DNA of 64,000 nucleotides, taken from Scenedesmus sp. PABB004. Its lineage: Eukaryota. Under the pieces are notes generated by a model. It saw nothing but the letters and a program-made list of their open reading frames with translations, had not been told where the DNA came from and did not search any database. This document shows, one piece after another, positions 48,401-60,300 of this stretch; position 1 is the stretch's first letter; every line of letters begins with the position of its first letter. A program made the translations under genes and the position numbers. The stretch covers positions 434,001-498,000 of the forward strand of contig JABVCE010000011.1 of assembly GCA_014905635.1 (NCBI GenBank), written 5' to 3'.

Positions 48401-51108
48401 GAGGGCCGGCCGGCCGGCCTCTGCGCGCGCGGCCGCCGCCGCGCCTGCCGGGGTGGCTCGCGCTGTACCAGACGCAGAGCGAGGCCCGGCTCTGCGCGAC
48501 GACGACGTCGCTGCGCGGGACCCACTGCGCGTACTGGCAGAAGCCCAGCAGCGTGCACCGCGCGCCGCTGGCCAGGTCCAGCAGGTGCAGCGCGTGGCGC
48601 TTGTCGCGGAAGAGCAGGTGGCTGCCGCGCAGGTTGAGCTCCTGCGCGACAGACACGCGGCAGCACGGCGTCAGCTGGTGGAGGGCGAGCGGCGCGGCGG
48701 CAGCGGCGGCGGTGGCGGCGCGAGCCCGGCGCGCGGGCGCGGCGGCGCGCACGAGCCAGTCGATGCGCGCGTCGTGCGCGACCGTCGCGAGCGGCGGGCC
48801 GCCCGGCGCGAGCAGGTCGAGCACGCGCAGCGTCTGCGCGTCGATGAGGTATGCCAGGCGCTTCGCGGCCGGCGCGACGCCGCGGCGCGGCACCGCGGCG
48901 AGGCTGAGCGTGAAGCTGCTCATCGCCTCGGTGCACGGCGCGGCGAGGGGCTCGTTGATGCCATACTCCACCACCGACAGCTCGCCCGCGCGGTGGACCA
49001 GGCAGAACTGCGGCGCCGGCGGCGGGCCGTCAGCCGGGCCGTCAGCCTGCGCTGGCGCGCTCGATGCTGAGCTCGCGAGCTTGAGCTCAAGAGAGCCGAG
49101 CTCGGCAGCTCGGCCCAGCTGCGGCGCACGCGCCTTCTCGTGGTCGAAGCAGAAGCGCTCGCGCCCGTCGGCCTCCCACGCGACCTCGCTCATCGCGCAC
49201 GCCTCGAGGTCGCCCAGCAGCAGCGTCGACGGCGTGCGCGCGACGACGAAGCGGCCCTGGTAGATCTGCAGGCCCTCGACCGCGTAGCCGTACGCTGCGG
49301 CGCGGCGGCGGCGCGGCGAGGCTGAGAGCCGGTGGCGGCGCTGGACTGGCAGCGCGCCCGTCGGAGCGGCCGAGCCGCGGCTGGCGGCGGCGCTCGCACC
49401 CGACGTGACCGCCGCCTGCGCGCCCGTGGCGAGCGTCTTGACGACGACCGCGCTGCGGCTCACGTAGCTCAGCTCAAACTTGTCCCTCACCCTGCGGCCG
49501 GCAGGCGGGCGCGCGCGTCGCACGCCGGCGCCGCGGGCGCGTGCCAGCCTGCTGCCGTGGCAGCGATGCGGCCTGGCGCCCCGGCGACGTGGCGCGCGCG
49601 CCTGACGCGGCGCTGGCAGGCGTCGTAGATGTCGAGCGCCCCCGCGAGCCCGCCCGCCGCGACGCGGCTGCCGTCGGGCCGCCAGGCGAGCGCGGTGGTG
49701 CTGTAAAAGTTGTCGACCTGCGGCGGGCGCGGGTCGCGACGCGTGCGTGTCAGCCGCTGCGCGCCCACCGCGACCCCCGGGCCGGCGCGCACCCCACCTT
49801 TCCGCCACGACCGCACCTGCTTGATCCCGACCTGCTCCCAGCAGCCCCGCGCCGCTTGCAGGGCAAAGACGAGGAGCCGCCCGAAGCCGCCCACGACCGC
49901 AGCCTCGCCCGACGGGCTGAACGCGGCGCAGCGCAGGTCGCGCGCGCCGGCGTCGCCGCCGCAGTCGAACGCCGTGAGCTCGCGCCCGGTCGCGGGGTCG
50001 TAGAAGGCTACCTGCGCCGCCCGGGCGCAGCGCGGAGCGGCGCGCATCAGCCAGTCCCCGCTGCTGTGCGGCCACCGTGGCCGGTGCCGCGCCGCGCCGC
50101 CGCACCCGGCAGTCGCTGGTCGCGACCAGCAGCGCGGCGCCCCACGCGAGCGCCGTGGGCGCCGCGCCGAGCTGCAGCAGCCGCGCCGCCCTGCCGCCGC
50201 CGCCGCCGCCGCCGCCGCCGGGGTCGGCGTCCGGGAAGGTCACGCGGAACACCGAGCCGTCGACGTGCGCCGCCGCTACGGCGCCGCCGCCCGGCGCCGC
50301 CGCGAGCGCGGCCACGTAGCTGCCGTCGGGTTGGGCGTACAGTCCAAGGGACCGGTTGGTCCTCAGCTGCGCGAGCCGCACGCCGCCGTTGGCGAGGCCG
50401 AGGACGAGCTCGCTCGGGCGCCCGTCCGGCCACGCGACGCAGGTCACGGGCGCCGCCTGCGCAAACTTGTTGCAGATGCTCTTTTTCTCGCTCCAGTCCG
50501 CGCCCAGCCTGCGTGTGCGCGGCGCGCGGCGCGTGCGGTCCCCGCTGCCGCGCCGCGCGCCGCGCCGCCGCCGCGCGCCAGCATCCCCGCCGGCAGGCCG
50601 CCAGTGTGCGCCGCTGCGCAATCGCAATCCCTGCACAGCGGCGGCGGCGCACCGGTACACGAAGACGATGCTGTCGCTCTGCGCGACCGCGAGCTTGCAA
50701 GAGTCGGGCGCAAAGGCCATGCCGGTCACGAGGTACGCCCCGCCGCCTCCCCCCGCCGCGTCGGCGGGCTTGGTCTTGAACTTGTCCCGCCGCTCGCCGG
50801 CGTCGTCAAAGAGGTGCACCACTCGGTCGTGCGTCGCGGCCGCGAGCTTGGCGCTGCGCGGCGCGGCACGCGCGGCCGCCGCGGTCGCGCGCGAGCGGCG
50901 CGCGGCAGCGGCGGCGGCCGCGGGCGCGGGCCGGCGCGGGGGCGCACGGCGCCGGGCCGCGCCCTGTAGCCGCTGCCCTCGCTCTGGCGTCGTCGCGGAG
51001 GGCCGGGCGCCGGCGCGCTGCGCACCTGTTGGGCGCCCACGCGAGCGCGCTGACGTTGGCGATGCCATCCCCGGCCTGCAGCAGCGTCTGCAGGTGGGCC
51101 AGCTGCAT
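42425..51108 (-). CDS. IFT172: Intraflagellar transport protein 172 (WD40 plus TPR-like solenoid plus C-terminal Cys cluster)
   Basis: ERRDKFKTKPAD, KLAVAQSDSIVFVYRLGADWSEKKSICNKF, YAQWVPRSDVVVAQSR, VITLEEEWGDWL, DAAINHFIEAGA, IIPADRAFYEAG, ACVVTGYPV. Confidence 0.96.
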
Positions 51109-51500
51109 GGCGACCCGACACGGCTGGCCAACGAGTCCGGGGGCCGCACGGCAGCGGCTGCTGCGGCCCCAGCGCGTCGCGCGGGCGCGGCGACCGGCGG
51201 CGCTGCTGCGCGCAAAGACCGCGCCGTGCCGGCGCGTGGGGGCGTGGAAGGCAGGTCCGCGCGAGCCGGAGCCGCGTGTGAGAGCGCTCACCGGCGCCTG
51301 GACCTGGCCCCGATGCGCCGGGGTGGCCGCGAGACACAAAGCCCTGCGCTCGGAGCGCGCGCCGCCGCCGCTCGCCGCAGCCGCCGCCGGCGCGCCCGCG
51401 GCGCCGCAGCCGCCATTCTCGCGGCATCAGCAGGGATCGTGGGGCCTCTGTCAGCGGCAGCATGGCATCCGGCCCGCCCCCACCGCGCTGATGGGCGAGC

Positions 51501-54500
51501 ATGGCGCGCCCCGCGCTCACCGTGAGCGCCGACCTGCTGCTCAAGCAGTACATACGGCTGGCTCAGGACTTCACGGATGCCGCGACGCCCCAGGTGGGCC
51601 ATGGCAGGCGGGGCCAGGGGTGATGGCGAGGGCCCCAACCACCACCTCGCCCTCCGAGAGCAGCAGCGCCGGCAGCTGGCGCCCTGGCGGGGCGGGAGGC
51701 GCACGGTCGTGCAGCATGGCGTGCAGGCGGCGTGCGGGCGCGGCGCCGCGGCGGCGGCGCGGGCCGCCAGCAGCGCCGCGGCGCGCTGCTGTGCTGCTGC
51801 GCGCGGCGCGGCCGACCGGCGGGCCGCACGGCGGTGCGCAGGACAACTTCCTGGCCACCATCTCCAGCGACTGGCGCTATGAGCGCGCGCTGCAGGGCAT
51901 CCGGCTGCTCGCGCACCACCACCTCGGGCAGCTCGTGCAGGCGCTCATCGCGTGGCGCCAGGCGGTGAACGAGGACATCAAGAAGAACTTCAGCCACAAC
52001 AATGTCGTCAACGTGCAGGGCGTGTGCAAGCGGGTGCGGGGGCGGGCGGAGGGGAGGGGGCGCCGCGCAGCAGGCGCGCGCGGCGGCGCGGCCCGGCGCG
52101 GCGGCGCTGCGCCGCCCGGCGGCGCGCGCTGCCCACGCCGCGCCGCACCGTCGCCGCCGCTCGCAGGCGGCCATGGAGATCCTCTTCCTCGAGGCCGCCG
52201 CGCAGGTGCTGGACGAGTTTGTGCCCGCGTTCTGGCGCGACCGGCAGTTCCAGACCTTCTTCGACAGCATGCAGCAGTGAGCGCCGCGCCGCTGCCGCTG
52301 CGCCGCCGCTGCGGCGGCGGGTGCAGCGCCGGCGGGAGGGCGGCTGCGGGCCGCGTGCGGCTGTGGCCGCAGCGAACTGCAGCAGCCTGGCGGCGGCTCG
52401 CCGAGCTGCGCCGCGCCGCGCCGCGCCGCGCCGCGGCCCGCAGCGTGTCGTTCCGCTGGCTGCTCAACGCCGAGGAGTATGTCCCTCACGCGGAGCTCAG
52501 CCTCGTGCGGCAGCACGTCGTGCTCGTCAGCGGGCGCATCGTGGGCGCGCTGTCGCGCATCCGGCTCGCCGACGTGGCCGCCACGTTTGTGAAGAAGCTC
52601 GAGGAGCGCGTCGCGCCGCGCAAGGACCCCACGCCGCGCGCCGACCAGAGCCTGCTGCGCGCGCAGGCGCTCAAGCTCTGCGCAGGTGCGGCGGCAGCCG
52701 GCGCGGCGCGGCGCGGCGGCTGCTGGCGGCGGATGCTGGCTGCGGCGGCGGGCGCGCGACAGCGGCAGCTGAGCAGCAGCTGAGCTGCCTCGCCGCGCCG
52801 CCGCGCCCCGCAGGCATGCGCGGCGTGGTGCTGAGCTTTGACAGCGACGCGCAGCTGGAGCAGTCGACGCGCTTCCTCGCGCGCGCGCACCCTCTGGCCT
52901 ACACGGCGGCGGTCAAGAAGAGTCAGCTGCACCACGCGCTGTGTGAGATGCTGACCGACATCCTCACGCCCCTCGTGCGCGGCAACCAGCCGCCGCCCGG
53001 CGCGGGGCTCAGCAGCGCGCTGCTGGCGGAGTGGTACGGCCAGGTGCTGCGGCTGAAGAACGAGATCGGGCAGTGGGCCAACAAGCACAACAAGCACATC
53101 CCGGTGCGCGCCGCGCACGCGCAGTCGACCGCGGCGGCGCCGCGCTGCGCCTGCGCCCCGGCCGACCTCGCACCTCGCGCCTGCGTGCCGCCGCGCGCGC
53201 AGGTGGGCTACCCGCTCGTGACGGTGCTGGTGTGCCTCGTGGACGCGGCCAACTACAACACCCTGGTCGACAGCATGGCAGACTTCCTGGCCAAGCAGAT
53301 GAAGAACAAGGAGTACAGGTGCGAGGGTGTGCGGACGTGGGTGTGGGGACGCGATGTGTCGTGGCACCCGCTTCCGCTTCCGCCGTGCCCACGCCCCGCC
53401 CGCCGCCGCCGTCGCCGCCGCCGCGACCGCCGCTGCTTCAGGTCGCTGTGCTTCAAGTGCCTAAACCAGCTCGTCATCAGCAGCCTCGTGCGCAACCGCG
53501 CCGCGCCGTGCGCGCCCGCGGTGCTGGCGTGGCTGGACAAGATCGTCAAGCCCGGCCTCGCCGCCGCGCGCAAGGGCGGCATCCCCCTCGCAGAGCAGCA
53601 GGCGCGGCGCGCGCGGCGCGGCAGCGGCGTGCTTCGCAGCAGCGCGGGGGCGCAGCGCCGCCCGCGCGCCACCGCCCGACGCCGCCGCCCCGGCGCCTGC
53701 GCGCCTGGCGGCGCAGGAGTTTGTGGGCGACGTGGCGGACCTGAGCCCCGAGTACTGCGTCGGCAGCATCCTGCCCGACCTGCTCGCCCCCGAGTCGGGC
53801 CCCGAGGCGCAGCTCATCGCGCTGCGCACGCTGCACCAGGCGCGGCGACGGCGGCGGCGGCTGCGCGCAACGGCACGGCTCGGCGGGCGGTTCGCGTGCC
53901 GCGCGCTCGTGACACGCCCGCGCCCTCTCTCTGGCGCAGGTCGTGACGTCGGTGCCGCGCGACAGCGCCGCCGCGCTGGAGCTGCGCGCGAGCCAGGCGC
54001 GGCGCAGCCTCGCGCTCACGGGCGCCAGCGCCGGCGGCGGCGGCCCGGGCGGCAAGCGCATGGTGCAGGTGCGGCGACCGCCGCGCTGCGCGCCGCCGGC
54101 GGCCGCGCCGCGCCGCGCGCGCCTGCGCCGCGCTCGCGCCCACCCGCACGCGCCCGCGCGCTGTCCGCGCCGCAGCTGCCGGCGCACCAGGTGCTGCAGC
54201 TCATCCGCGCGGGGCAGCACCCCTTTGACCTGCAGGGCATTGCGCACCTGCTGCCGCGCGTGCAGCACGCGCTCGCGGGGCTGCTGGCCGGCTTCCACCG
54301 CGCGTTTGGCGGCTGCCTCGCGTACGCGCCCGACGCACCGCTGCCCAAGGACCGCGCCGCGCAGCTCGCCCTCTTTGGCGGCGTGCTGCGCCTGGTGCCC
54401 TACCTGCGCCCCGAGCAGTGGCCCAGGCCGCGCCCGCTGGAGCTGCTGCCCGCGTGCGTGGCGTGCCGCGCCGCGCCGCGCGACGGCCGGCCGCCGCGCG

Positions 54501-57327
54501 TCCGCGGGCCGCGCGCGGCGCCGCGGCGTCCGCTCAGCCGCCGCTGCGCTCACGCGCTCACGCGCGCGTACCCCGTCGCCCCCCTGCACGCCCCGCGCGC
54601 AGCTACACGGCGCACGCCGAGGGCGGCGTGCGGCTGTCGGCCTTTGACGCCCTCATGGGCGTGCTGCGCGGCGCGCCGGTGCTGCGCGGCGCCGTGCTGG
54701 CGGGCATGGCCGCGCTCCTGGCCGCCATCCCCGACGAGGCCACGCAGGCGCGCCCGCCGCGCGTGCGGGGCCGGGGCTCGCGGGCCGCGCCGCGCGGTGC
54801 GACGCCGCCGGCCACCGGCGACCGACGCCGCCGCCGCGGCCGCCCGCCGTTGATATCGCCGCCGCGGCGCGCCGCGCAGGCCATCCGCGAGTGCCTGCTG
54901 CAGCTGCGCAAGCTCATGGAGGCCTGGCTGCGGCTGCTGCAGGAGCAGCGCCTCAGCGCGAGCCTGCTGCGCGCGGACGCGCCCTCGCCGAGCAGCAGCA
55001 GCGCCAGCGCCAGCCGTGGCGGTGCCGGCGCCGGCGCTGCGCCGCCGCGAGGCAGCCGCGAGGCGGGCGCCGGCGGCGACGCCGCCGCGCTCGCGGCGAG
55101 CCTCGTGCTGGACGTGCACCGCCTTGAGGGCGTGCTCTTTGTGCTGCTCTGCTCATTTGATGAGGCAATCCGGCTCGACGCGCTCGCCACGCTCGGCCTG
55201 CTGCGCACGCTGCACCAGCAGCTGCTCGCGACGTCGGCGCAGCTCGGCCTGGCCGGCCTCGCGCCGCCCGCGCCCGCGCCCGCCCCGCCGCCCTCTGCGG
55301 CGGGAGCGCCCGGCGGCGGCGGCGGCGGCGGCGGCCTCGCCAGCCCCGGCGCGGGCGCCGACGGCGCGCCGCTGCAGCCCGCGGCCAGCGCGGGCTCCGG
55401 CACCGGCTCGGGGCTGCTGCTGCGGCACAAGCCGACCATGTCGCGCGACTCCGTGGATTTCGTGCAAACACTGGGTGCGCGCGCCGCGCGCCGCGCGAGC
55501 CGCCGCGACGCTGCGGCGCTGGCGCGCTCGCTCGGGCGCGCGCGTGCGCCCGAGCGCCGCGCCACGCGCTCGCGCACGCGCTCGCAGGCCAGCTGGAGAT
55601 GCCGGGCGCGGACGCGACCAGCCTGATGGACGTCCTGGACGAGGTGCGGCCGCCGCTGGGGCCGCGCCGCTCGCGCGCCGGGCCGGCCAGCGGCTCAGCG
55701 GGCCGTGCAGCGCGCGCGGGAGGCGCCGAGCGCTGAGCGCTGGGCGCTGCGCGGCGCGTGGCGCGCGCGCGGTGCGTCCCGGACCCGCGCGCAGGTGGGC
55801 ACCGACGTCGCGCGGCGGTGCTACTGGGACTTTGGTGACTGGAGCGACGTCTGGCGCGACACCAAGCACGTCCCGCTCGACGCCACGCTGCAGTCGGTGC
55901 TGGGGGCGCGCGACGAGGTCGGCCGGCTGCGCTGGCTGCGCTGCGCCGTGGAGCTTGCGCGCGCGGCGTGCCACATGTGCCCCACGAGCATGGGCGTTGC
56001 GTACATGGAGCTGCTGGCCAAGCTCTCGCGGTGCGCGGCGCTCCAGGGGCCCCCTTGCACGACTGGCCGACGCGCGCGGCGCGCCGGCGCCCGCGCCGCC
56101 GCGGCGCGGCGACCGGCTCGGCCGCCGCGCCGCCCCCTGCGCCAGGCACCTGCCGCGCGACGCGTCGGGGCGGCTGTCGATCCCCGCGGAGGCGTCCGAG
56201 GGCCGGCGAGGCGAGGCCTGGAAGGCCTTCATCGTGGTCGCCTGCGCCTGCCCGCCCTCACTGTCGGAGCGCGTCGAGCGCGCCGCCGCGCGCAGGGTGC
56301 GGCACGCGCGCGGGGCGGGGGCGCGACGCCGGTGGCGTGAGCGCGTCGCGCGCTGCGCGTCGCGCTCCGCGCCGACCCCCCGCCGCCGCCGCCCGCCGCG
56401 CGCAGGGCGCGGCGCTGACGGCGCGCGAGCTCATCCGCGCGCTGCTGGCCTCCCTCACCGGCGGCGCGGCCGTCTCGCAGCAGGCGCGCGCGCGCGCGCG
56501 CGCGCCGCGCCTCCCCCTCCCGCCCCCGGCCGTGCTGCTCGCTCACGCCCCGTCGCTCCGTCGCATGGCGCGCCCACTCACTCAGGTCTGCCTCATGGCG
56601 CTGGGTCACGCCAGCCCCGAGCACTACCCCGCGCTCTTTGAGGAGCTGCCCGGCGCAATGGACGAGTACCAGCGGCCCGGCAAGGCGCGCCGCGGCAACG
56701 CGCGCCCCGAGGAGGTGCGCGTGTGTGCGTGTGCGCGTGCGCGGCGCGCGGCGGCGGCGGCGGCGGAGGCGGCGGCGCCCGCGGCGCCCGCTGCGCTGCC
56801 CCGGCGGCGGCCACCCTTGGACTGCAACCTTGAACCTAACGCTCTGTGGTCTCCGTCGCCGCGCAGGCGCGCAAGGTGGTGGCCAATGTGATGCGGCTCG
56901 TCGCCGACGCGATGCCGCCCGGCGCGCTCGCCGCCGCGCCCGGCGTGCGCGGCCGGCTGCTCGAGTGGCTGCGCGACACCGCGCTCTACCTCCGCTCCCT
57001 GCCGCCCTTCGGCGAGGCGTTCTGGGAGGTCTCGCAGGCGCGGCGCCGGCGCCGGCGGCGGCGGCGGCGGGGTTTAGGGGCGTTTGAACGAGGGCGGGCT
57101 GGCGGGGTGGCCGCGCGGGCCGTGCGGCACGCGTGTGCGCAGCCACCGAGGCGCGCGCCGCCGCCGCCCCGCGCCGCAGGTCGCGTACTGCCTGTGCACC
57201 GTGTGCCGCTGCGTCGCGGGGCAGCTCGTGGGGCCGCTCACGCTGCCGCTGGCGATGCTGCGCGACGCGCCCGGCGGCGTGCAGCGCGCCGCGAGTGGCC
57301 GGAGCGCCGCGAGCGAGCCGAGCACGC

Positions 57328-57358
<31 letters not shown>

Positions 57359-60300
57359 GCTCGGCGACACGAGCCACCACAGCAGCGTCGCGGCGGGCGG
57401 CGGCGCCGGCGGCGCCCCGGGGCAGCCCATGGCGCGGAAGCAGCTGTTCGAGATGTTTGCGGCGTGGTGCGAGGAGGGCACCCCGCGCGGTGAGCGCCCG
57501 CGCGCGCACGCGCCGCGGCCGCCGCCGCCGCCGCCGGTCCAAGCCTTGCGCGCCCGCGCCCGCCGCGCCGCGCACCCGCGTCCGCAGCGTCCGAGTACCA
57601 CGCCCGCCTGAACGCCGGCATCTCCGGCGCGCTCGCGCGGCTGCGGGACTACGACGCCGACGCGCGCGAGGGCCTGCGCCTGGAGCTGGTGCAGGCGGCG
57701 GCGCTGCTCGACCAGGCCGCGCGGCTGGCGATGGCGGCGATGCTGCAGGCGCGCCGCCCCCGCGAGGATAGGCGGCAAGGGAGGGGGGGGGGCTGCTTGC
57801 TGCCGTGGGGGCGCGCCGGCGGCGCCTCTCGCCTTCCCGGGTTCGCCGCGCGCCGCGCGCGGCTCACCTCGCCCGCCGCGCCGCGCAGGGTCCGGTGTTT
57901 GACACCGACGCGCGCCGCCCCGCGGGCCCCGTGCTGGCCTGGGTCGACCGCCTGCTCACGTCGCCGCCGCTCGGCATCGCCGCGGGGCACGCGCCCGCGG
58001 TGCCCAAGGCGTCCGTCGGCCGCGCCGCGCTGCTGCACCTGCTCTGCGCCAACCCAGACATGTTTGCCGTCGCGGTGGACCGCTGCTACGACAACGACGC
58101 GCGCGTCGCGACCGCGTCGTTCCAGGCGCGCCGCGCTGCACCGCGCGCGGGGGCGCCGCGCCGCGCGCGGCGCTCGCACGGCGCGCGTGAGCACGCGCGC
58201 GGCCTGAGCGCGCCGCGCCGCGCGCGCGGACGCGCACAGGTTGCGAGCGAGGCGTACGCGCTGCGCCCGGTCGCGGCGGAGCCGCACATCGTGCTCTCGC
58301 TCGTGCTCTACAAGATTGTCGACCCGAGCGCCGAGGTGCGCGAGGACGCGCTGCACATGCTCCACGTCCTCTCCACGCGCGAGTGGCAGGCCGTGCCCGC
58401 CGGCGGTGGCGGCGGCGGCGACGGCGCGGCCGCGCTCGGCGGCGGCGGCGACGAGGACAGCGGCGGCGCGGTGGTCGTGCTGGGCGCGCTGCAGGACAGC
58501 TACCAGCAGTTCCAGCTGCAGCTCGCGGAGAAGCTCGCGCGGTGAGCGATTGTCCCCGGGGCCAGGGGGCGATCGCCGCCGTCGCCGCGCGCGCTGGCGC
58601 GGCGCGCGCCCGCCGCCGCGCCGCGCCTAGCCGCACACCCTCGCCGCCGCGCGGCGGTCACCGCCAGGGACCACCCGGAGCTGAGCGAGGCGCTGTGCGA
58701 GGAGATGATGACGCGCGCGCTCGAGCGCGCGGACAAGGTGCTGCAGCACCCCGTGCTGAGCTGCCTGGTGCCCTGGATGGACAACCTCACCATCGCGGGC
58801 CACTGGAAGGGCACCTGGTGCGAGCGGCTGCTCAAGAGCATGTACTACGTCACGCTGCGGTGCGGCGGCGGCCGCGGCGGCGGCGGCGGCGCCCAGGGGC
58901 GGGAGGGGCGGCCAGGGGGGAGCGCGCTGCGCAAGCGCCGTGCTCGTTGGAGCACGGCAACGGCGCGGCCGCCCCGGCGGGGTGCCGGTGGTGTTGGAGT
59001 GCGCGCCGCGAGCCCCCGCCCGCCGCCGCGCCGCCGCGCCGCCGCGCCGCGCGCCGGGTGGCGCAGGCACGGCGACGAGCTGCCGCTGGAGATCGAGCGC
59101 CTGTGGAGCACGCTCGCGGGCAACCGGCGCAACATCATCCCGATTCTCGACTTCCTCGCCTCCCTCGGCAGCCACATGGCCTACCAGGCGCGGCGCCGCC
59201 GCCGCGCGACGACGCGCCGCCGCGCGACCGGCCGCAGGGCCGCCGCGCCGCGCCGCGCGCCGCCGCACCGCGCGGCCGCAGGGCTGCCGCCCGCCGCGCG
59301 GCGCCCACGCCCACGTGGCGCCCACGCCCACGCCCGCGGGTCCGCGCAGGAGCTGGGCGCGCTGCTGGAGTACCTGGGCGTTGGCAAGCGCATCTGCCTC
59401 TACCTCGCTCGCATCAGCCCGCAGCAGACGATCGACCACCTGGTGTACGAGGTCAGCCTGCAGCTGCACGAGGACGACCCCGGCGGCCCCGGCGGCAGCG
59501 GCACGTCGACGCTCGCGCCCGGCGGCAGCGGCGCCGGCGGCGGCGGCGCGGCCGCGCGCGGCGGCGCGCCGCCGCTGCGCTTCGCGGCGGCGCTCGCGGG
59601 CGAGCCGGGTGCGCGGCGCGGCGCGCGCGCGGCGCGGCGCCCGTGCGGCGCAGCGCGCCCGCCCTGAAGCGCCGCGCCCGCCGCGGCGCACCCGCCGCGG
59701 CGCACCCGCAGGCGTCGAGCCCGCGCCGCCGCAGCCCGCGTGGCTGGCCGCGGCGGCGCCGCCGCCCGCCGACGGCGGCGCATTGCTGCGCTCGTCGGCG
59801 GGCTCCTGGTGGGCTTACAGCAGCACCAGCTCGCTCGCGTCGTCGCTGCCCGGCGGCAGCCTGCTCGGCAGCAGCACCTTCCCGAGCGGCCTGCTCGGCT
59901 CGGTCGCCGCGAGCGCGTCGGGCCTGCTTGGCGGCGGCGGCGGCGGCGGCGGGCAGCAGCAGGTCGGCGCGCCGCCGGCGAGCCCGTACGCGACGCAGGC
60001 GCCGGCGCCGACGGGCAGCGGCGGCGACGGCGGCGTGAGCCGGGCGATGCGGCTCAGCTCCACCTTCACCTCCGCCCTCGGCCTGGGCGGCGGTGGCGGC
60101 GGCGGCGAGCTGCGCGAGGGCACGCTGCTGGGGCTCGGCGGCGGCGGCGGCGTGCGGCGGTCCGTGACGGAGCAGAGCGACAGCAGCCGCAGCAGCGTGT
60201 CGCTCACGGGCCCGGGCAGCGCCACCGCGCCAGGCGAGGGCGGCAGCCAGGGCGGCGCGCTGAGCGCGAGCACGGGCAGCCTCGCGCCCGCCACGCCCGC

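Noticed and set aside
51623..51726. Alternative Furry start MARAPTTTSPSES
   Set aside because: The exon at 51501 (MARPALTVSADLLLKQYIRLAQ) splices in frame and better resembles plant Furry N-termini, so this stretch is probably intronic.
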